From NCBI GenBank assembly GCA_002269645.1, contig NIVC01000176.1, forward strand, positions 310,001 through 374,000: a stretch of DNA of 64,000 nt. Reading direction: 5' to 3'. The notes below the pieces were generated by a model. It was not told where the DNA came from, did not search any database, and saw only the letters and a list, made by a program, of their open reading frames with translations. The position numbers and the translations under genes are program-made. Shown here piece by piece: positions 41,506-54,830 of the stretch (the first letter of the stretch is position 1; each line of letters opens with the position of its first letter). This DNA comes from Macrostomum lignano (lineage: Eukaryota).

Positions 41506-42627
41506 GGGGCTTTAGCACCAGGGGCTTTAGCACCAGGGGCTTTAGCACCAGGGGCTTTAGCACCAGGGGCTTTAGCACCAGGGGCTTTAGCACCAGGGGC
41601 TTTAGCACCAGGGGCTTTAGCACCAGGGGCTTTAGCACCAGGGGCTTTAGCACCAGGGGCTTTAGCACCAGGGGCTTTAGCACCAGGGGCTTTAGCACCA
41701 GGGGCTTTAGCACCAGGGGCTTTAGCACCAGGGGCTTTAGCACCAGGGGCTTTAGCACCAGGGGCTTTAGCACCAGGGGCTTTAGCACCAGGGGCTTTAG
41801 CACCAGGGGCTTTAGCACCAGGGGCTTTAGCACCAGGGGCGCCAGCACCAGGGGCTTTAGCACCAGGGGCTTTAGCACCAGGGGCTTTAGCACCAGGGGC
41901 TTTAGCACCAGGGGCTTTAGCACCAGGGCTTTAGCACCAGGGGCTTTAGCACCAGGGGCTTTAGCACCAGGGGCTTTAGCACCAGGGGCGCCAGCACCAG
42001 GGCTTTAGCACCAGGGCTTTAGCACCAGGGGCTTTAGCACCAGGGGCTTTAGCACCAGGGGCTTTAGCACCAGGGGCTTTAGCACCAGGGGCTTTAGCAC
42101 CAGGGGCTTTAGCACCAGGGGCTTTAGCACCAGGGGCTTTAGCACCAGGGGCTTTAGCACCAGGGGCTTTAGCACCAGGGGCTTTAGCACCAGGGGCTTT
42201 AGCACCAGGGGCTTTAGCACCAGGGGCTTTAGCACCAGGGGCGCCAGCACCAGGGGCTTTAGCACCAGGGGCTTTAGCACCAGGGGCTTTAGCACCAGGG
42301 GCTTTAGCACCAGGGGCTTTAGCACCAGGGGCTTTAGCACCAGGGGCTTTAGCACCAGGGGCTTTAGCACCAGGGGCTTTAGCACCAGGGGCTTTAGCAC
42401 CAGGGGCTTTAGCACCAGGGGCTTTAGCACCAGGGGCTTTAGCACCAGGGGCTTTAGCACCAGGGGCTTTAGCACCAGGGGCTTTAGCACCAGGGGCTTT
42501 AGCACCAGGGGCTTTAGCACCAGGGCGCCAGCACCAGGGGCTTTAGCACCAGGGGCTTTAGCACCAGGGGCTTTAGCACCAGGGGCTTTAGCACCAGGGG
42601 CTTTAGCACCAGGGGCTTTAGCACCAA
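41506..42627. repeat. 15-bp minisatellite (GGGGCTTTAGCACCA)n
   Basis: About 75 near-perfect units, with rare GCGCC variants. Confidence 0.97.
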
Positions 42628-42647
42628 ACTTTTTTGGTGCTTTTTTG

Positions 42648-43110
42648 AACTCAGTCATGAACTCAGTCATGCAGTCAGTATAGCAGTCAGTCATGAACTC
42701 AGTCATGCAGTCAGTCATGAACTCAGTCATGCAGTCAGTCATGAACTCAGTCATGCAGTCAGTCATGCAGTCAGTATAGCAGTCAGTCATGAACTCAGTC
42801 ATGCACTCAGTCATGAACTCAGTCATGCAGTCAGTCATGAACTCAGTCATGCAGTCAGTCATGCAGTCAGTATAGCACTCAGTCATGCGGTCAGTCATGC
42901 ACTCTGTCATGCACTCAGTCATGCACTCAGTCATGCACTCAGTCATGCACTCAGTCATGCACTCAGTCATGCACTCAGTCATGCACTCAGTCATGCACTC
43001 AGTCATGTACTCAGTCATGCACTCAGTCAAGCACTCAGTCATGCACTCAGTCATGCAGTCAGTCATGCACTCTGTCATGTACTCAATCATGCACTCAGTC
43101 ATGCACTCAG
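42648..43110. repeat. 12-bp minisatellite (ACTCAGTCATGC)n
   Basis: About 38 units. Confidence 0.95.
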
Positions 43111-43906
43111 TCGGTTCCACTCAGATGAGTGACATAAAATTATTACTGATGTCATCACAAAAAATCATTTCAAATGCAAAGCCCTCGAGCAACAATTTTA
43201 GCGGTTTTGCTTGCAGACAAAAACTAAACTGAACAAAAGAATTTTTTTGCTATTTCTTTTTTGATAAAACTGAAATGAAAGTTATAGTTTAAAATTTTGA
43301 GTTCGCTTTCTCTGCCCTTCTCCCCCGCATGAAGGACTTAACTATTGTGCTCAAAGTCATGAGTATACATGTATTTAGGTTGCAGGCCCTGTGAGTAAGG
43401 TGAAAAAAAGTGAAAAACGCAAGTCATCCGAAAGATGTTTCAGCTGCAATGGTCCACATGTTGGCCTGTAATTCTTTGCTTGGTACTGACAGTACTATGC
43501 ATAAAACCACTACTGCGAAAAAAAATTCTCACCCAATCCGTGAATTGGGGAGCTGCGGTGTTTTGGTATTGTCGGCCTACATCAAACGAAAAACAGGTTG
43601 AGAAGAAAATGAAAAGTACATTCAAAATTATTTAACAGAAACTACAGTAATATAACTTATTCAGAGCCGTAGTTTAAACCATAAGATGGCTTTTTCAAGG
43701 AAAATATTTGGTGGTCCCATTGTCAGGGTGGAAAAGAAAAGGTTCGTCAGCCTTCATATTGTGCGTCTGGGTGCTAGCTGAGTCCTAAAAACAGGGGGTA
43801 AACAGCAGTAAAACCTACGCATATCGACAGCAGATACGTAGATAGTGAAATAGCAAAAAGCTTCTGCCAAATTCGAGTCTTTGTTAGTAGTACTTTGAGA
43901 CCATTT

Positions 43907-44272
43907 GTGCTCATAACGCCATCCAAATGCTGGTCCGCTCTCTCCTTGTCCGCACCCTTGAGGTAGATGGCCGCATCGCTGAGAAAGAAATGATTCATGA
44001 TGCGACCCCGAGATCGGTCAGGTGTGCCAGGTGTTTGTCTGTCCTGCTCTCGGCTCTTCTCCACACAGTCGAGCAGCATCTGCAGCGACTGTCTCGTGAG
44101 ACTCACGAGGTTCTCCTTCTTCCACTGCTCGACCGGCGTCTCGTCCAGCATTCGGAAGGTGATGGTCTTCACGTGGTAGGACTTCAAGCCTTGCTGATTG
44201 AAGCCATCCTTGTGTCAGATGACCTTCTTGACCAGGTATTTGAGTGTGACTGATTGGGAAATATACAGCTTT
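43907..44272 (-). pseudogene. Truncated paralogous fragment of cGLR exon 3
   Basis: 43907-44250 aligns without gaps and at high identity to 53531-53874. It continues into sequence matching intron 54239-54260. In-frame TGT>TGA stop at 44217-44215. Confidence 0.85.
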
Positions 44273-45154
44273 GAGTCCGTGCAGCTGGGTATAAAGTTGA
44301 ATTTTACGAGAAATCTTTCGACAACATCTTGGCTTCAGAAATGTTCAACAGAAAAAAACAAAATGTAAGGCACCCGAATGAAACAGTTATAACCTAGCGC
44401 TCTAGCTCCCATGCCATGCTCTATTTTATTAATCAAATATTCCTAAGATCCACCTCCACCTCTCGTGAGCAGCTGTTTGTACAGTCATCTAAAAAAATCA
44501 CCGCTGTTTATCACCTGATCGACCCTTAAGTCGTGGACAGTCGAGTTTGTCCGCAGCGACTGCAACTTAATTGAAATCAAGGATGAGCTCAATTGCAAAC
44601 ATCACCATGCAGCAACGTGCAGCAACCCGAGCCCCACTCAACAGGCCTGACAATTAGGCACACATTGCTGATCCAAGCTCGATCAATGTCGTGGACTGAG
44701 CAGTCTGTGACAAGTCGTCACTCCGATCTCCGTCATCCACAGCCACCTGCTAGAAGCAACAGTTGGTTCGAATTCGCAACAGTACAGGGGCTGCAATTCC
44801 CTGCACACAAAACGGCCATGCAAGCAAGTCTTACAAAGTCACAGCTGATTCAGTCAACCTACAGAAGCTGAGCAAACCAGGAGGAGCACAGCACCACCAT
44901 GGGACTTTACAGGTGCGATCGAGTGAAACGCAGCTCAAGCGGACCTGAATAAATAGGGTATATGAAATTCCTAATCCCCAATTAAAAACTGATGCTACTG
45001 TTCCAGAATAAGCTGTAAAATGCAGCATAGGGATTTTACATTTTAGGGATGTAAAATCCCTACAAGTCTGTGCAGTGATGTTTAGCATTGTTGCTCGCAT
45101 TCTACGAATCAACGATATAACGATCGACAATCAACGATACACGAAGTACTAAAT

Positions 45155-45685
45155 AAGACACAATCTACTATATAAGACACAAACTACTATATAAGACACA
45201 AACTACTATACAAGACACAAACTGCTATATAAGACACAAACTACTATACAAGACACAAACTGCTATATAAGACACAAACTACTATACAAGACACAAACTG
45301 CTATATAAGACACAAACTACTATACAAGACACAAACTGCTATATAAGACACAAACTACTATACAAGACACAAACTGCTATATAAGACACAAACTACTATA
45401 CAAGACACAAACTGCTATATAAGACACAAACTGCTATACAAGACACAAACTGCTATATAAGACACAAACTACTATACAAGACACAAACTGCTATATAAGA
45501 CACAAACTGCTATACAATACACAAACTGCTATATAAGACACAAACTGCTATACAAGACACAAACTGCTATATAAGACACAAACTACTATACAAGACACAA
45601 ACTGCTATACAAGACACAAGCTGCTATACAAGACACAAACTGCTATACAATACAAGACACAAACTACTAAATAAGACACAAATTA
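45155..45685. repeat. 19-bp minisatellite (AAGACACAAACT(A/G)CTATA(T/C))n
   Basis: Alternating variants give a 38-bp period in the middle. Confidence 0.95.
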
Positions 45686-45692
45686 CCATACA

Positions 45693-46015
45693 ATCTATAC
45701 AACTAAAGCTATTCAACTATGTTTGTTTGTTTGTCCAGAAAGTTCACGTTTTAAGCCGATTGGCCTGACCATCCATCCATCCACATATACTAATGGTCTA
45801 AGATTTGTTTGTTTGTTTGTTTGTTTGTATGTAACGCTCTAGAGACTGCAATTCTTGACCAATTTTGATCGCGTTTTCGCCAAAAGATTTGTAATTGTCT
45901 GGAAGGAAGACAGTTAAAATTTCTTTAATCTGCTTCAATGCTAAAGGTCCTAAACGGTCGAAAAACTGTATTTTCCCTATCTACCTAGCGAGCTCGTACG
46001 ATCGAGTTATTTATA
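45693..46015 (+). mobile_element. Non-autonomous Helitron/HINE-like remnant(s)
   Basis: Two successive starts of the ATCTATAC..TAAAGCT..(GTTT)n and TATACTAAT..AAGA(TTTG)n type, resembling Lep1/DINE-like elements. Short hairpin gagctcgtacgatcgagtt near 45990. Confidence 0.35.
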
Positions 46016-46639
46016 AAACATGCTTTTTACATGATTGAGAGAAATCAGCCAGTGCATTTTAAAATTATTGAAGTATTGAGCAACTGTGTATTACGCAGCT
46101 TCAGTATATGCTGACCCTGCCTGACTGGGATAACTATCAACAAAGTTTAAGTGCAAGTCTACTAAGAGTATGACTGCAGTCTGTTTGGCGGGATTAGAAG
46201 GGATAGCTACTGAGGGAGGGGTTAACTTCAAACTGCTGAAGTTACGAAACTTCTGGAAAAGTGTAATGCTTTTTGACCAACTGTCAGTAGGCACAATAGC
46301 CAGGCTTAGCCTATGCCTGTTACTGTAGACAAGCAATAACAGGCATAGGCGAAGCAGAAGTTCGACAGTTCGAGTCTGCATTGAAGCAGCATTGCATTGT
46401 GACCTGTGACAAAAATCATTGTCATTCAGATGTTAAATATTTAAATTTAAAGATACTTTTGCTGGGGCTGTGTTAAGCTTCTAGAGCAGTGCTAATCTGC
46501 TGTAAGTTTTGATGTGCAGAGGGTATTAGTAATCTGGGTGAGCAGTGAGCTTGCTTGAAAAACTGTTTGGGACCCACAAAGCCTACTAAATTAGTATTGC
46601 AAGGGAGAGAAAAATGCTCAGTGGCTACGTGCTGTTTGG

Positions 46640-47928
46640 GGGATTGCTTGCGGTCTGGGGGATTGCTTGCTGTCTGAGGAATGCTTGCTGTCTGGGGGAT
46701 TGCTTGCTGTCTGAGGAATGCTTGCTGTCTGGGGGATTGCTTGCTGTCTGAGGAATGCTTGATGTCTGAGGAATGCTTGCTATCTACTAGAGGATGCTTG
46801 CTGTCTGGGCGATTGCTTGCTGTCTGAGGAATGCTTGCTGTCTGGGGGATTGCTTGCTGTCTGAGGAATGCTTGCTGTCTGGGCGATTGCTTGCTGTCTG
46901 AGGAATGCTTGCTGTCTGGGGGATTGCTTGCTGTCTGAGGAATGCTTGATGTCTGGGGGATTGCTTGCTGTCTGAGGAATGCTTGCTGTCTGGGGGATTG
47001 CTTGCTGTCTGGGCGATTGCTTGCTGTCTGGGGGATGCTTGCTGTCTGGGCGATTGCTTGCTATCTACTAGAGGATGCTTGCGGTCTGGGGGATTGCTTG
47101 CTGTCTGAGGAATGCTTGCTGTCTGGGGGATTGCTTGCTGTCTGAGGAATGCTTGATGTCTGGGGGATGCTTGCTGTCTGGGCGATTGCTTGCTATCTAC
47201 TAGAGGATGCTTGCTGTCTGGGCGATTGCTTGCTGTCTGAGGAATGCTTGCTGTCTGGGCGATTGCTTGCTGTCTGAGGAATGCTTGCTGTCTGGGGGAT
47301 TGCTTGCTGTCTGAGGAATGCTTGCTGTCTGGGGGATTGCTTGCTGTCTGAGGAATGCTTGATGTCTGGGGGATTGCTTGCTGTCTGAGGAATGCTTGCT
47401 GTCTGGGCGATTGCTTGCTGTCTGAGGAATGCTTGCTGTCTGGGGGATTGCTTGCTGTCTGAGGAATGCTTGATGTCTGGGGGATTGCTTGCTGTCTGAG
47501 GAATGCTTGCTGTCTGGGCGATTGCTTGCTGTCTGAGGAATGCTTGCTGTCTGGGCGATTGCTTGCTGTCTGAGGAATGCTTGCTGTCTGGGGGATTGCT
47601 TGCTGTCTGAGGAATGCTTGCTGTCTGGGCGATTGCTTGCTGTCTGAGGAATGCTTGCTGTCTGGGCGATTGCTTGCTGTCTGAGGAATGCTTGCTGTCT
47701 GGGGATTGCTTGCTGTCTGAGGAATGCTTGATGTCTGGGGGATTGCTTGCTGTCTGAGGAATGCTTGCTGTCTGGGGGATTGCTTGCTGTCTGGGCGATT
47801 GCTTGCTATCTACTAGAGGATGCTTGCTGTCTGGGCGATTGCTTGCTATCTACTAGAGGATGCTTGCTGTCTGGGCGATTGCTTGCTATCTACTAGAGGA
47901 TGCTTGCTGTCTGGGTGATTGCTTGCTA
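46640..47928. repeat. 18/19-bp alternating minisatellite (TGCTTGCTGTCTGAGGAA / TGCTTGCTGTCTGGGGGAT)
   Basis: 37-bp dimer period, with an occasional third unit TGCTTGCTATCTACTAGAGGA. Confidence 0.95.
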
Positions 47929-48161
47929 CATTACATTATTATTAAAAGTATTACATTCTTTCTTTGCTCTTTGATTGCATTCTTGTTTGATTGATATTTA
48001 TGGACAATATAGTTTATTATTAGTCCGATGAGCATAGGGGTTTTCCAAATGTTGAACAAGTCTAACGGGATGGGAGTTTTGACAAAGTAAACAAAGTCGG
48101 ATACAGTTTTATTTCTAACTGTTTTGAAGTTTCTTTACGAAGTTTCTCTTTACGAAGTATA

Positions 48162-48438
48162 CGAGGGTCACTCAGAAAGTATTTAGCCTGAGTAGGATCC
48201 ACGAGACGTAGAAGCATGAAATTTGTCTATGGTAAAGACCAACTTTTAAAAGTATCGCAGCAAAAATTTCAAACAGAAGCAGCCACTTTTGAGTCCACTG
48301 CAGCGAGTTAAAGTCAGTTCACCCCCCTGCAAGCCTGTATCAATGCCGGTGGAGAGTATTTTGAGCACTTGTAGTCGTTTTTTAGTTCATTTGTTGCTGT
48401 TTTCGTGTTCAAGCTAAGAACTTTCTGAGTGACCCTCG
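48162..48438 (+). mobile_element. Internally deleted mariner (Tc1/mariner) element
   Basis: TIRs CGAGGGTCACTCAGAAAGT...ACTTTCTGAGTGACCCTCG flanked by TA on both sides. The internal remnant translates CINAGGEYFEHL*, the mariner transposase C-terminal CIxxxGxYFE motif. Confidence 0.85.
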
Positions 48439-49090
48439 TAGAAGTCAATGGGTCAAATTGACATAAACTGAAATATACAAATACTCAAATGCGATGCTAT
48501 CAGTTGCTATGAGAGGCCTTTTAGGACAAAATTTTTCACTGACTCCATACGAAGTAATCCCATTGTGATTAATCCTATCTGTATTTTCCCAAAGTAATCG
48601 GAAATGAGTGGTCGACTTAGCTCGAAAATGTTCCAAATGAATACTTTTACTCTCTGCTTGCTTGATTCCCAGTAAATATCTTTTACAGCAACAGCATGGA
48701 GTAATGACTAACGATGACTACTGACAGCGACTGTAACTTTTCTGAAATTAAATGATCTGATGAAGCTTTAAATGTCAAATTTTACAATTTTTTACTGTCT
48801 TTCTGTGCTCTCACACATCCAAACGATGCGCATGACATAACATAGCGCTTATTTACGGCGTTGGCAAACATTTTTAACCTAATGGTCGGCAATGGACTCT
48901 TACGCATGACTGTGAGACAGAGGAGGACAAAGAGAAGAGAAGAGAGAAAGTAGAGAGAGGAAATGAGAGAGGAGAGGGAAGAGAAAATACTTAACAGGAG
49001 AGAGGAGAGAGGAGTGAGATAGCAACAGGAGAGGTAAGATGAGAGGAGGGAGAAGATTGGGGAGAGAGATTGCCGACACTTGCTTGGCGG

Positions 49091-49620
49091 CATGACCTGC
49101 GCTGGACGAAGCACCTTGACGACGTCACTGGTCGGGCGAAGCACCAGCTGCGCAGAGCCATCGGGCCGACTTGGGGCCTCTCACCAAGAACGGTCCGTTA
49201 AATTTATACCGGCATCATCCGGCCCAGAATCACAAATGCGAGATTCATCTGGTCTAATGTTGTTGGAGCAAAAGACCGCCCGTAAGCGTCTCTACCAGCT
49301 CCAGGGTAGCATCTGCTGCGTCATCACAGGGTACGTACCCGTCAACCCCCTTCGAGGGGCTGAACACTATCCTTAATCTGCCTCCCCGCTTCACCTATTT
49401 ATTAGGGCGGATGCTATGAAGTCAGCCTCTCGACTTATCAGAGATAAAACGATAAATACCGCACCCTCTGGCTTTATGCCAATGAAACCTTAATCCCGCA
49501 TATGGACTTTGTTCGCCGCGACGTCACCAACATCCACATGGACCCGGACAACGTGGATAGTCGCCTCCCCGCTCTCAACATTAGGAGGGGCTTCCAGGCC
49601 GCAGATGTTCAAAGTGTGCT
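49091..49620 (+). mobile_element. Decayed non-LTR retrotransposon ORF2 fragment (post-RT region, R1/LOA-like)
   Basis: Translates [14 protein letters not shown]...[23 protein letters not shown]...LYQLQGSICCVITG...TPFEGLNTILNLPP, with stops and frameshifts. This is the typical WG/IY..P/LQ..ITG/LPP pattern after the RT domain. Confidence 0.7.
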
Positions 49621-50947
49621 CATGGCGGCAGGAATCAATAATCTTAAATAATCGATATGTTTTTGCTGTTACAGCATGAGTCGCATTTGAGAAGGTGCTA
49701 CTGTACAGCAGATCTTTTGACTTTGACCTTGACTCCAAGCTGCACGGAATTTCCTTCGCGACCAAAGCAAATTCTCAGCCACTCTAAACCATAGACAAGA
49801 CCTCTTCCCATTTGATTCTATTGACCTTTGCGTGCATCTGAAGCTTATATACCAACTATAGACTGGCTTGCGAGAAGGGAAACAGAAAGAGAAAGACATA
49901 AGCAAGAGACTTCTCACAATAAAAAGAATGGAAACACAGCGACTTTTTTCCGGCTGAGTCAGCTTTATGGCAGCCTCACTTTTTCTTGAGCAGTTTATGG
50001 TCCGGTTTTTTCTCGTGCTGGCAAAATCAAATGCTCAGACGTTGAGAATATTCTGAAAATAGGAGCAGAATTAAGTTTGCAAGGTTTATTGGGGGGCTGC
50101 AACAAGAGTGTGTGGGGAGCTGTGTGTGCAGGCAGAGAGAAGTGAGCACTGCAGCAGCTGCATGAGCCCAGAGCTGCAGATTTTTTCGAGCATGAGTTGG
50201 AGAGCTGCGGGAAAATCAAAGATTTTGTTCCAGATGACTCACTGAATGCGGGGGACAGACCAGCTCAGCTCACGGTAACAGACTTACCTATGCGTTGCCT
50301 GCGCGGGAACTTATGAATTTTTGGCCAAGAAATTCTTTTTTTCTGGATTTTCAATGAGGCCCGTGCCGTTCATAGTGGGAATCTTGTGAAACAGCAGGCA
50401 ATTTTTTATTCTAATTTTTCGTTGTAAATTTGTGTAAAAGTCATTTATTGGGGAATTAAGCAAGCAGCGAGTAAAATTATATTGTTGGAGGATTTTCGAA
50501 CTAAGTGGACGCTTTTTTTCCCAGATTTCTTTGGGAAGAATGCAGATAGAATTGATGGGATTATGGAGGCAGTGGCCAAGTCTGTCCTAAAAGCCCCATC
50601 ACAGTTCGATTTTGGAATATAAAATTGAATGTTTAAAAACTTTGAAAGCTGCTTGTAATTAAAAGTTCTGAAAAATTTCCATTAACAAGATTCGACAAAT
50701 ATATGCGCAATGGAAGTAGAGATAGAATCGGGTACATGAAATTGACCTGCAATTTTCTGTGCTCCACTTTATAATTATGAGTGATGTCTGAGTTCCTGCA
50801 GAATCTGAACGGTTTCCATAGCAACTGGAAAACACTTGGAACTTGGCAGTTTCTGTCGGGAGCGGGGGATTTCCCGCAGAGATTCTCGCGCCATGCAGTT
50901 TTTTTGCCGCCGGGGTTTTTGACGCCCATCTGCAGTTCCAGGAATCC

Positions 50948-51495
50948 ACTGGAGCCCCAGAATGCACGGAGCCCCAGAATCCACGGAGCCCCAGAATGCA
51001 CTGGAGCCCCAGAATCCACTGGAGCCCCAGAATGCACTGGAGCCACAGAATCCACGGAGCCCCAGAATGCATTGGAGCCCCAGATTGGCCAAGAATTCAC
51101 TGGAGCCCCAGAATCCACTGGAGTCCCAGAATGCACGGAGCCCCAGAATCCACTGGAGCCCCAGAATCCACGGAGCCCCAGAATGCACGGAGCCCCAGAA
51201 TGCACTGGAGCCCCAGAATGCACGGAGCCCCAGAATGCACGGAGCCCCAGAATCCACGGAGCCCCAGAATGCATTCGAGCCCCAGAATGCACTGGAGCCC
51301 CAGAATGCATTGGAGCCCCAGAATGCATTGGAGCCCCAGAATCCACGGAGCCCCAGAATGCATTCGAGCCCCAGAATGCACTGGAGCCCCAGAATGCATT
51401 GGAGCCCCAGAATGCATTGGAGCCCCAGAATCCACGGAGCCCCAGAATGCATTGGAGCCCCAGATTGGCCAAGAATGCACTGGAGCCCCAGAATG
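50948..51495. repeat. 17/18-bp minisatellite (GAGCCCCAGAATGCACTG / GAGCCCCAGAATCCACG)
   Basis: Tandem units. Source of six spurious ORFs. Confidence 0.95.
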
Positions 51496-52698
51496 ACTGA
51501 CTGACCGACTGACTGACTATAGCGGATATTTTTGTTGGTTTTGTCCGCTACCTTCTGTCTCTCCGAAAAGCAAGGGATTGAACACGAAAGACTGATTTTA
51601 AGGACTGGGCTACATTTTTCCGTAGCCACTATTCAATATTGATATAACAATTTTGCCTCTTGATGAATATTTCCTCTTCTCTAATACGATGTTCACGGAT
51701 GCCCTTCGCCGCAAATTTCTAACCCCGATAATTTTAGTTTCAGAAAAAAGTCTCAGCGCACACCAGGAGAAGGCAAGATGGAAATCCCTGCTGCTACGCA
51801 AGGATTTCAAAAAGGGGGAAGTGATAACGGCTCAGAAATTTAGAAGTTTCAGCCTACAAAACTAAGGCCTAGGGGCTGTAAAAGAGGAACTTAGAGCAGG
51901 CATGGGAAAACCAGAACAATAGAAAGGGCAAATAGACTGAGCCTACAATAGTGCACGCAGCGCATGGCAAAGCTACAGCAGCTCCCATCAATTTCAGACA
52001 GACATCAAAGGCGAGGCGGCAACTTGACCTGGACGGTTGACAAGCGGAGACAAGATGCTCTAACGCAACCAGAGTAATCCGCTAAGTCTAACCGTCTAGC
52101 CCTCGCCCCGTAGTTACTGATATCTCTGTTTGGATAAGAAATCAAGTCTTCAATTGTGTTCAAGGAGATTACAGCCATAATCTCTTTGGAGCTCACACTT
52201 AAGATCGCCTAAGCTAATCAGAACAAAGGAAACGAGGGTTTACTGACTAAACTCTAATTTTTGAATGAAGCATGGAAAGTAAAATTCAAACAGTGCACTT
52301 CTTCTTTAGATTGAATTTTCATGAATGTGAGTAACAGGACACCAATAACAAATAATTAAATTAAATATTGATGAAAGAAGCTGAAAACGATTATGGGAAC
52401 ATTTCAACAAAGCGAAATAAATATTTAAAAGTCTAGCAATAATTTTGTGCATTATTTAAATATTTTTACTAAAGCAAGGTGAATAGGAATTGGAATGATC
52501 TAAAACACAAAAGGAAAGCAGAATTGGTTAACTTTATTGTTGAGAAATTTATGTACATATTCTGGCTGTTTATGTACATATAAACAGTTCTAGTCAAAGT
52601 TATTAAGGATGAAATTATATAAGGCATATTAATTACCAGCTCATCGTCATCTGGGACACAAAAGTTTTTTATGTTATGTTATAAAGTTGCTACAGTTT

Positions 52699-54170
52699 TT
52701 ACTGCCGAACAGCCCTTAAAAACGGCCATTTTTCCAGCAGTCTCTTCTTCAGCCCATCAGGAAGATCTGCTTCCATCATCTTCAGCTTCTTTATTATTTC
52801 CTTGAGCAGCTCCGGATTCGAAGCATAAAAAGCGGCAACCTGCAGCTCCTGCTCATCCGAGTTCTCTCTCTCCGCCACATCCCGGATCCAGTCCTGAGCG
52901 CTCGCTTCTCCATCAGTCCGCAGCTCCAGCCGCAGAGCCCACAGCAGAGCGTCAAAGTTCATGTAGAAATAGACAGCACTGCCTGACAACCGGAGGGGAA
53001 AGCACTCCCTCAGAGCTCCTGTCAAGAATTCGAGTTTCGGTTGCTGGTCGAAAAAAAAGCAGAACTTCCACGTCGAGTCGCGGCTCCTCAGATGCCGCAT
53101 CACGAACTCCACAGTCGCTTCAGTCGCAGACTTCTCACGAGACCAAGCGATGCCTCTGCTCACCGAGTGACCTGAGCACGAGCTCACGACTCTCTCTGCA
53201 GTTCCTCGGTAGCCGAACTTCAGGCAAGCCAGCGCTCTGAGAGCCTCCCGTGCTGAGAGGGCGCAGTCTGGCAGTCTGGCAATCAGCTCTGTGAGCGACT
53301 CCTGAGATCGCGGGCTGCAGTCACTGCAAGAGAGACGTACCAGACACTCTCTCACCACGTCGTAGATCTGATAGTACTCGAGAGTATTGGACTCCGTGAG
53401 TGGCATCGGACTCAGATCCGGCAGGATTTGGAACGGGTGGAAGTAGAATGTGCCTGAGTCGCTCACAGGTCTGAGACTGCCGATGAACTGCTGCAGCAGT
53501 TGGGGCAGCCGATCGATTACTGTTCTCAGTGTGCTCATGATGCCGTCCAAATGCTGGTCCGCTCTCTCCTTGTCCGCACCCTTGAGGTAGATGGCCGCAT
53601 CGCTGAGAAAGAAATGATTCATGATGCGACCCCGAGATCGGTCAGGTGTGTCAGGTGTTTGTCTGTCCTGCTCTCGGCTCTTCTCCACACAGCCGAGCAA
53701 CATCTGCAGCGACTGTCTCGTGAGACTCACGAGGTTCTCCTTCTTCCACTGCTCGACCGGCGTCTCGTCCACCATTCGAAAGGTGATGGTCTTCACGTGG
53801 TAGGACTTCAAGCCTTGCTGTTTGAAGCCATTCTTGTGACAGATGACCTTCTTGACCAGGTATTTGAGTGTGACGAACAGTTGACCTTGCAGGGTAGAGA
53901 GACTTCGCAGCATTCGGTTCTCCAGGAAGCTGGTGCTCACGCGGAGCTCTTCGCCACCTCGGTCAGGAGAGGCTGCGTGCACCACGTGGCAGGGCGATGA
54001 GGCGGAGGTGAGAACCTTCCAGAGGGCCTCCAGAACCGAATGGGGGATGTTGGAGATGCGGTTTGGCAGCAGCGGCGCGATGGGCGGGTAGCGGCAGAGA
54101 AGACTTGCGAAGACATTGTCCAGTGCTGGCCTCAGTGTGAATCCGGGTGTCGCATGAGCAGGATTGGAGG
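52699..54170 (-). CDS. ANK-cGLR exon 3: Mab-21 core and C-lobe plus about 270-aa helical C-terminal extension
   Basis: Acceptor gtttttacAG|CC is phase 1. Mab-21 motifs: LDNVFA (third catalytic Asp), [35 protein letters not shown]. Stop at 52701-52699; AATAAA on minus at about 52533-52538. Confidence 0.9.
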
Positions 54171-54830
54171 CTGTAAAAACGATTGTGTTCCAGATGAGGC
54201 AAAATACAGCTATGAGTCTGTGCAGTGATGCTTTGTACTGATTGGGCAATATGCAGCTTACCCAAACATACTAAAACTGCTCAACCAAAATGACACAAAA
54301 TTCCCTTGATGCGAACCTTTCTTACCGAAAACTGCAAAAAACTGCTGAATGCGCAATTTTTCACTGAACCCTTCATTGTGTTGCTCCACTTTTACCAATG
54401 CTACTTAAATTTGACACCAAAAATCTTGTCAAGTTTTCTTACATTCTTGCCAGAGTGGACCAACCCCAGCACACGGAACTCAAGGACATGGTTGAACCAT
54501 TTTTTGTGAACCTTCTGAAACAAGAACTTCTACTGTCAATTTGCACTTTCGATACTAAATAATGTTTTATCACTCATCAAATATGTTCCGTGTTTTGTTA
54601 ACTTTCCGGGTTTTCCCCTTTACTTAGTTTTAGACGGCAATTGCCATCGCTTGTCATTTTACACATAATCTACCAATGCTTTACACACAAAAACACAGGA
54701 GAAGCAGAAATTCGAAAAAGCAGAAGACAAAAAGCAAACGTCTGCACTGCCAGAATCTTAAGTCTTAAGCAATCACTAACAGAACTAACAGAACTAACAG
54801 ACAATCTTCACTCCCCGAGAGAGAACTCAC

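Noticed and set aside
44755-44780. Pol III B-box-like GGTTCGAATTC (also near 6235 and 56930)
   Set aside because: There is no A-box or cloverleaf, so no tRNA or SINE call.
50860-50875. NF-kB-like GGGGATTTCC
   Set aside because: It is a single 10-mer downstream of the gene and is expected by chance in 64 kb.
53960-53995. CHVVH read as a catalytic Asp-to-His substitution
   Set aside because: It aligns with the conserved Mab-21 GCHLVP strand. The third catalytic Asp is present earlier, in LDNVFA.
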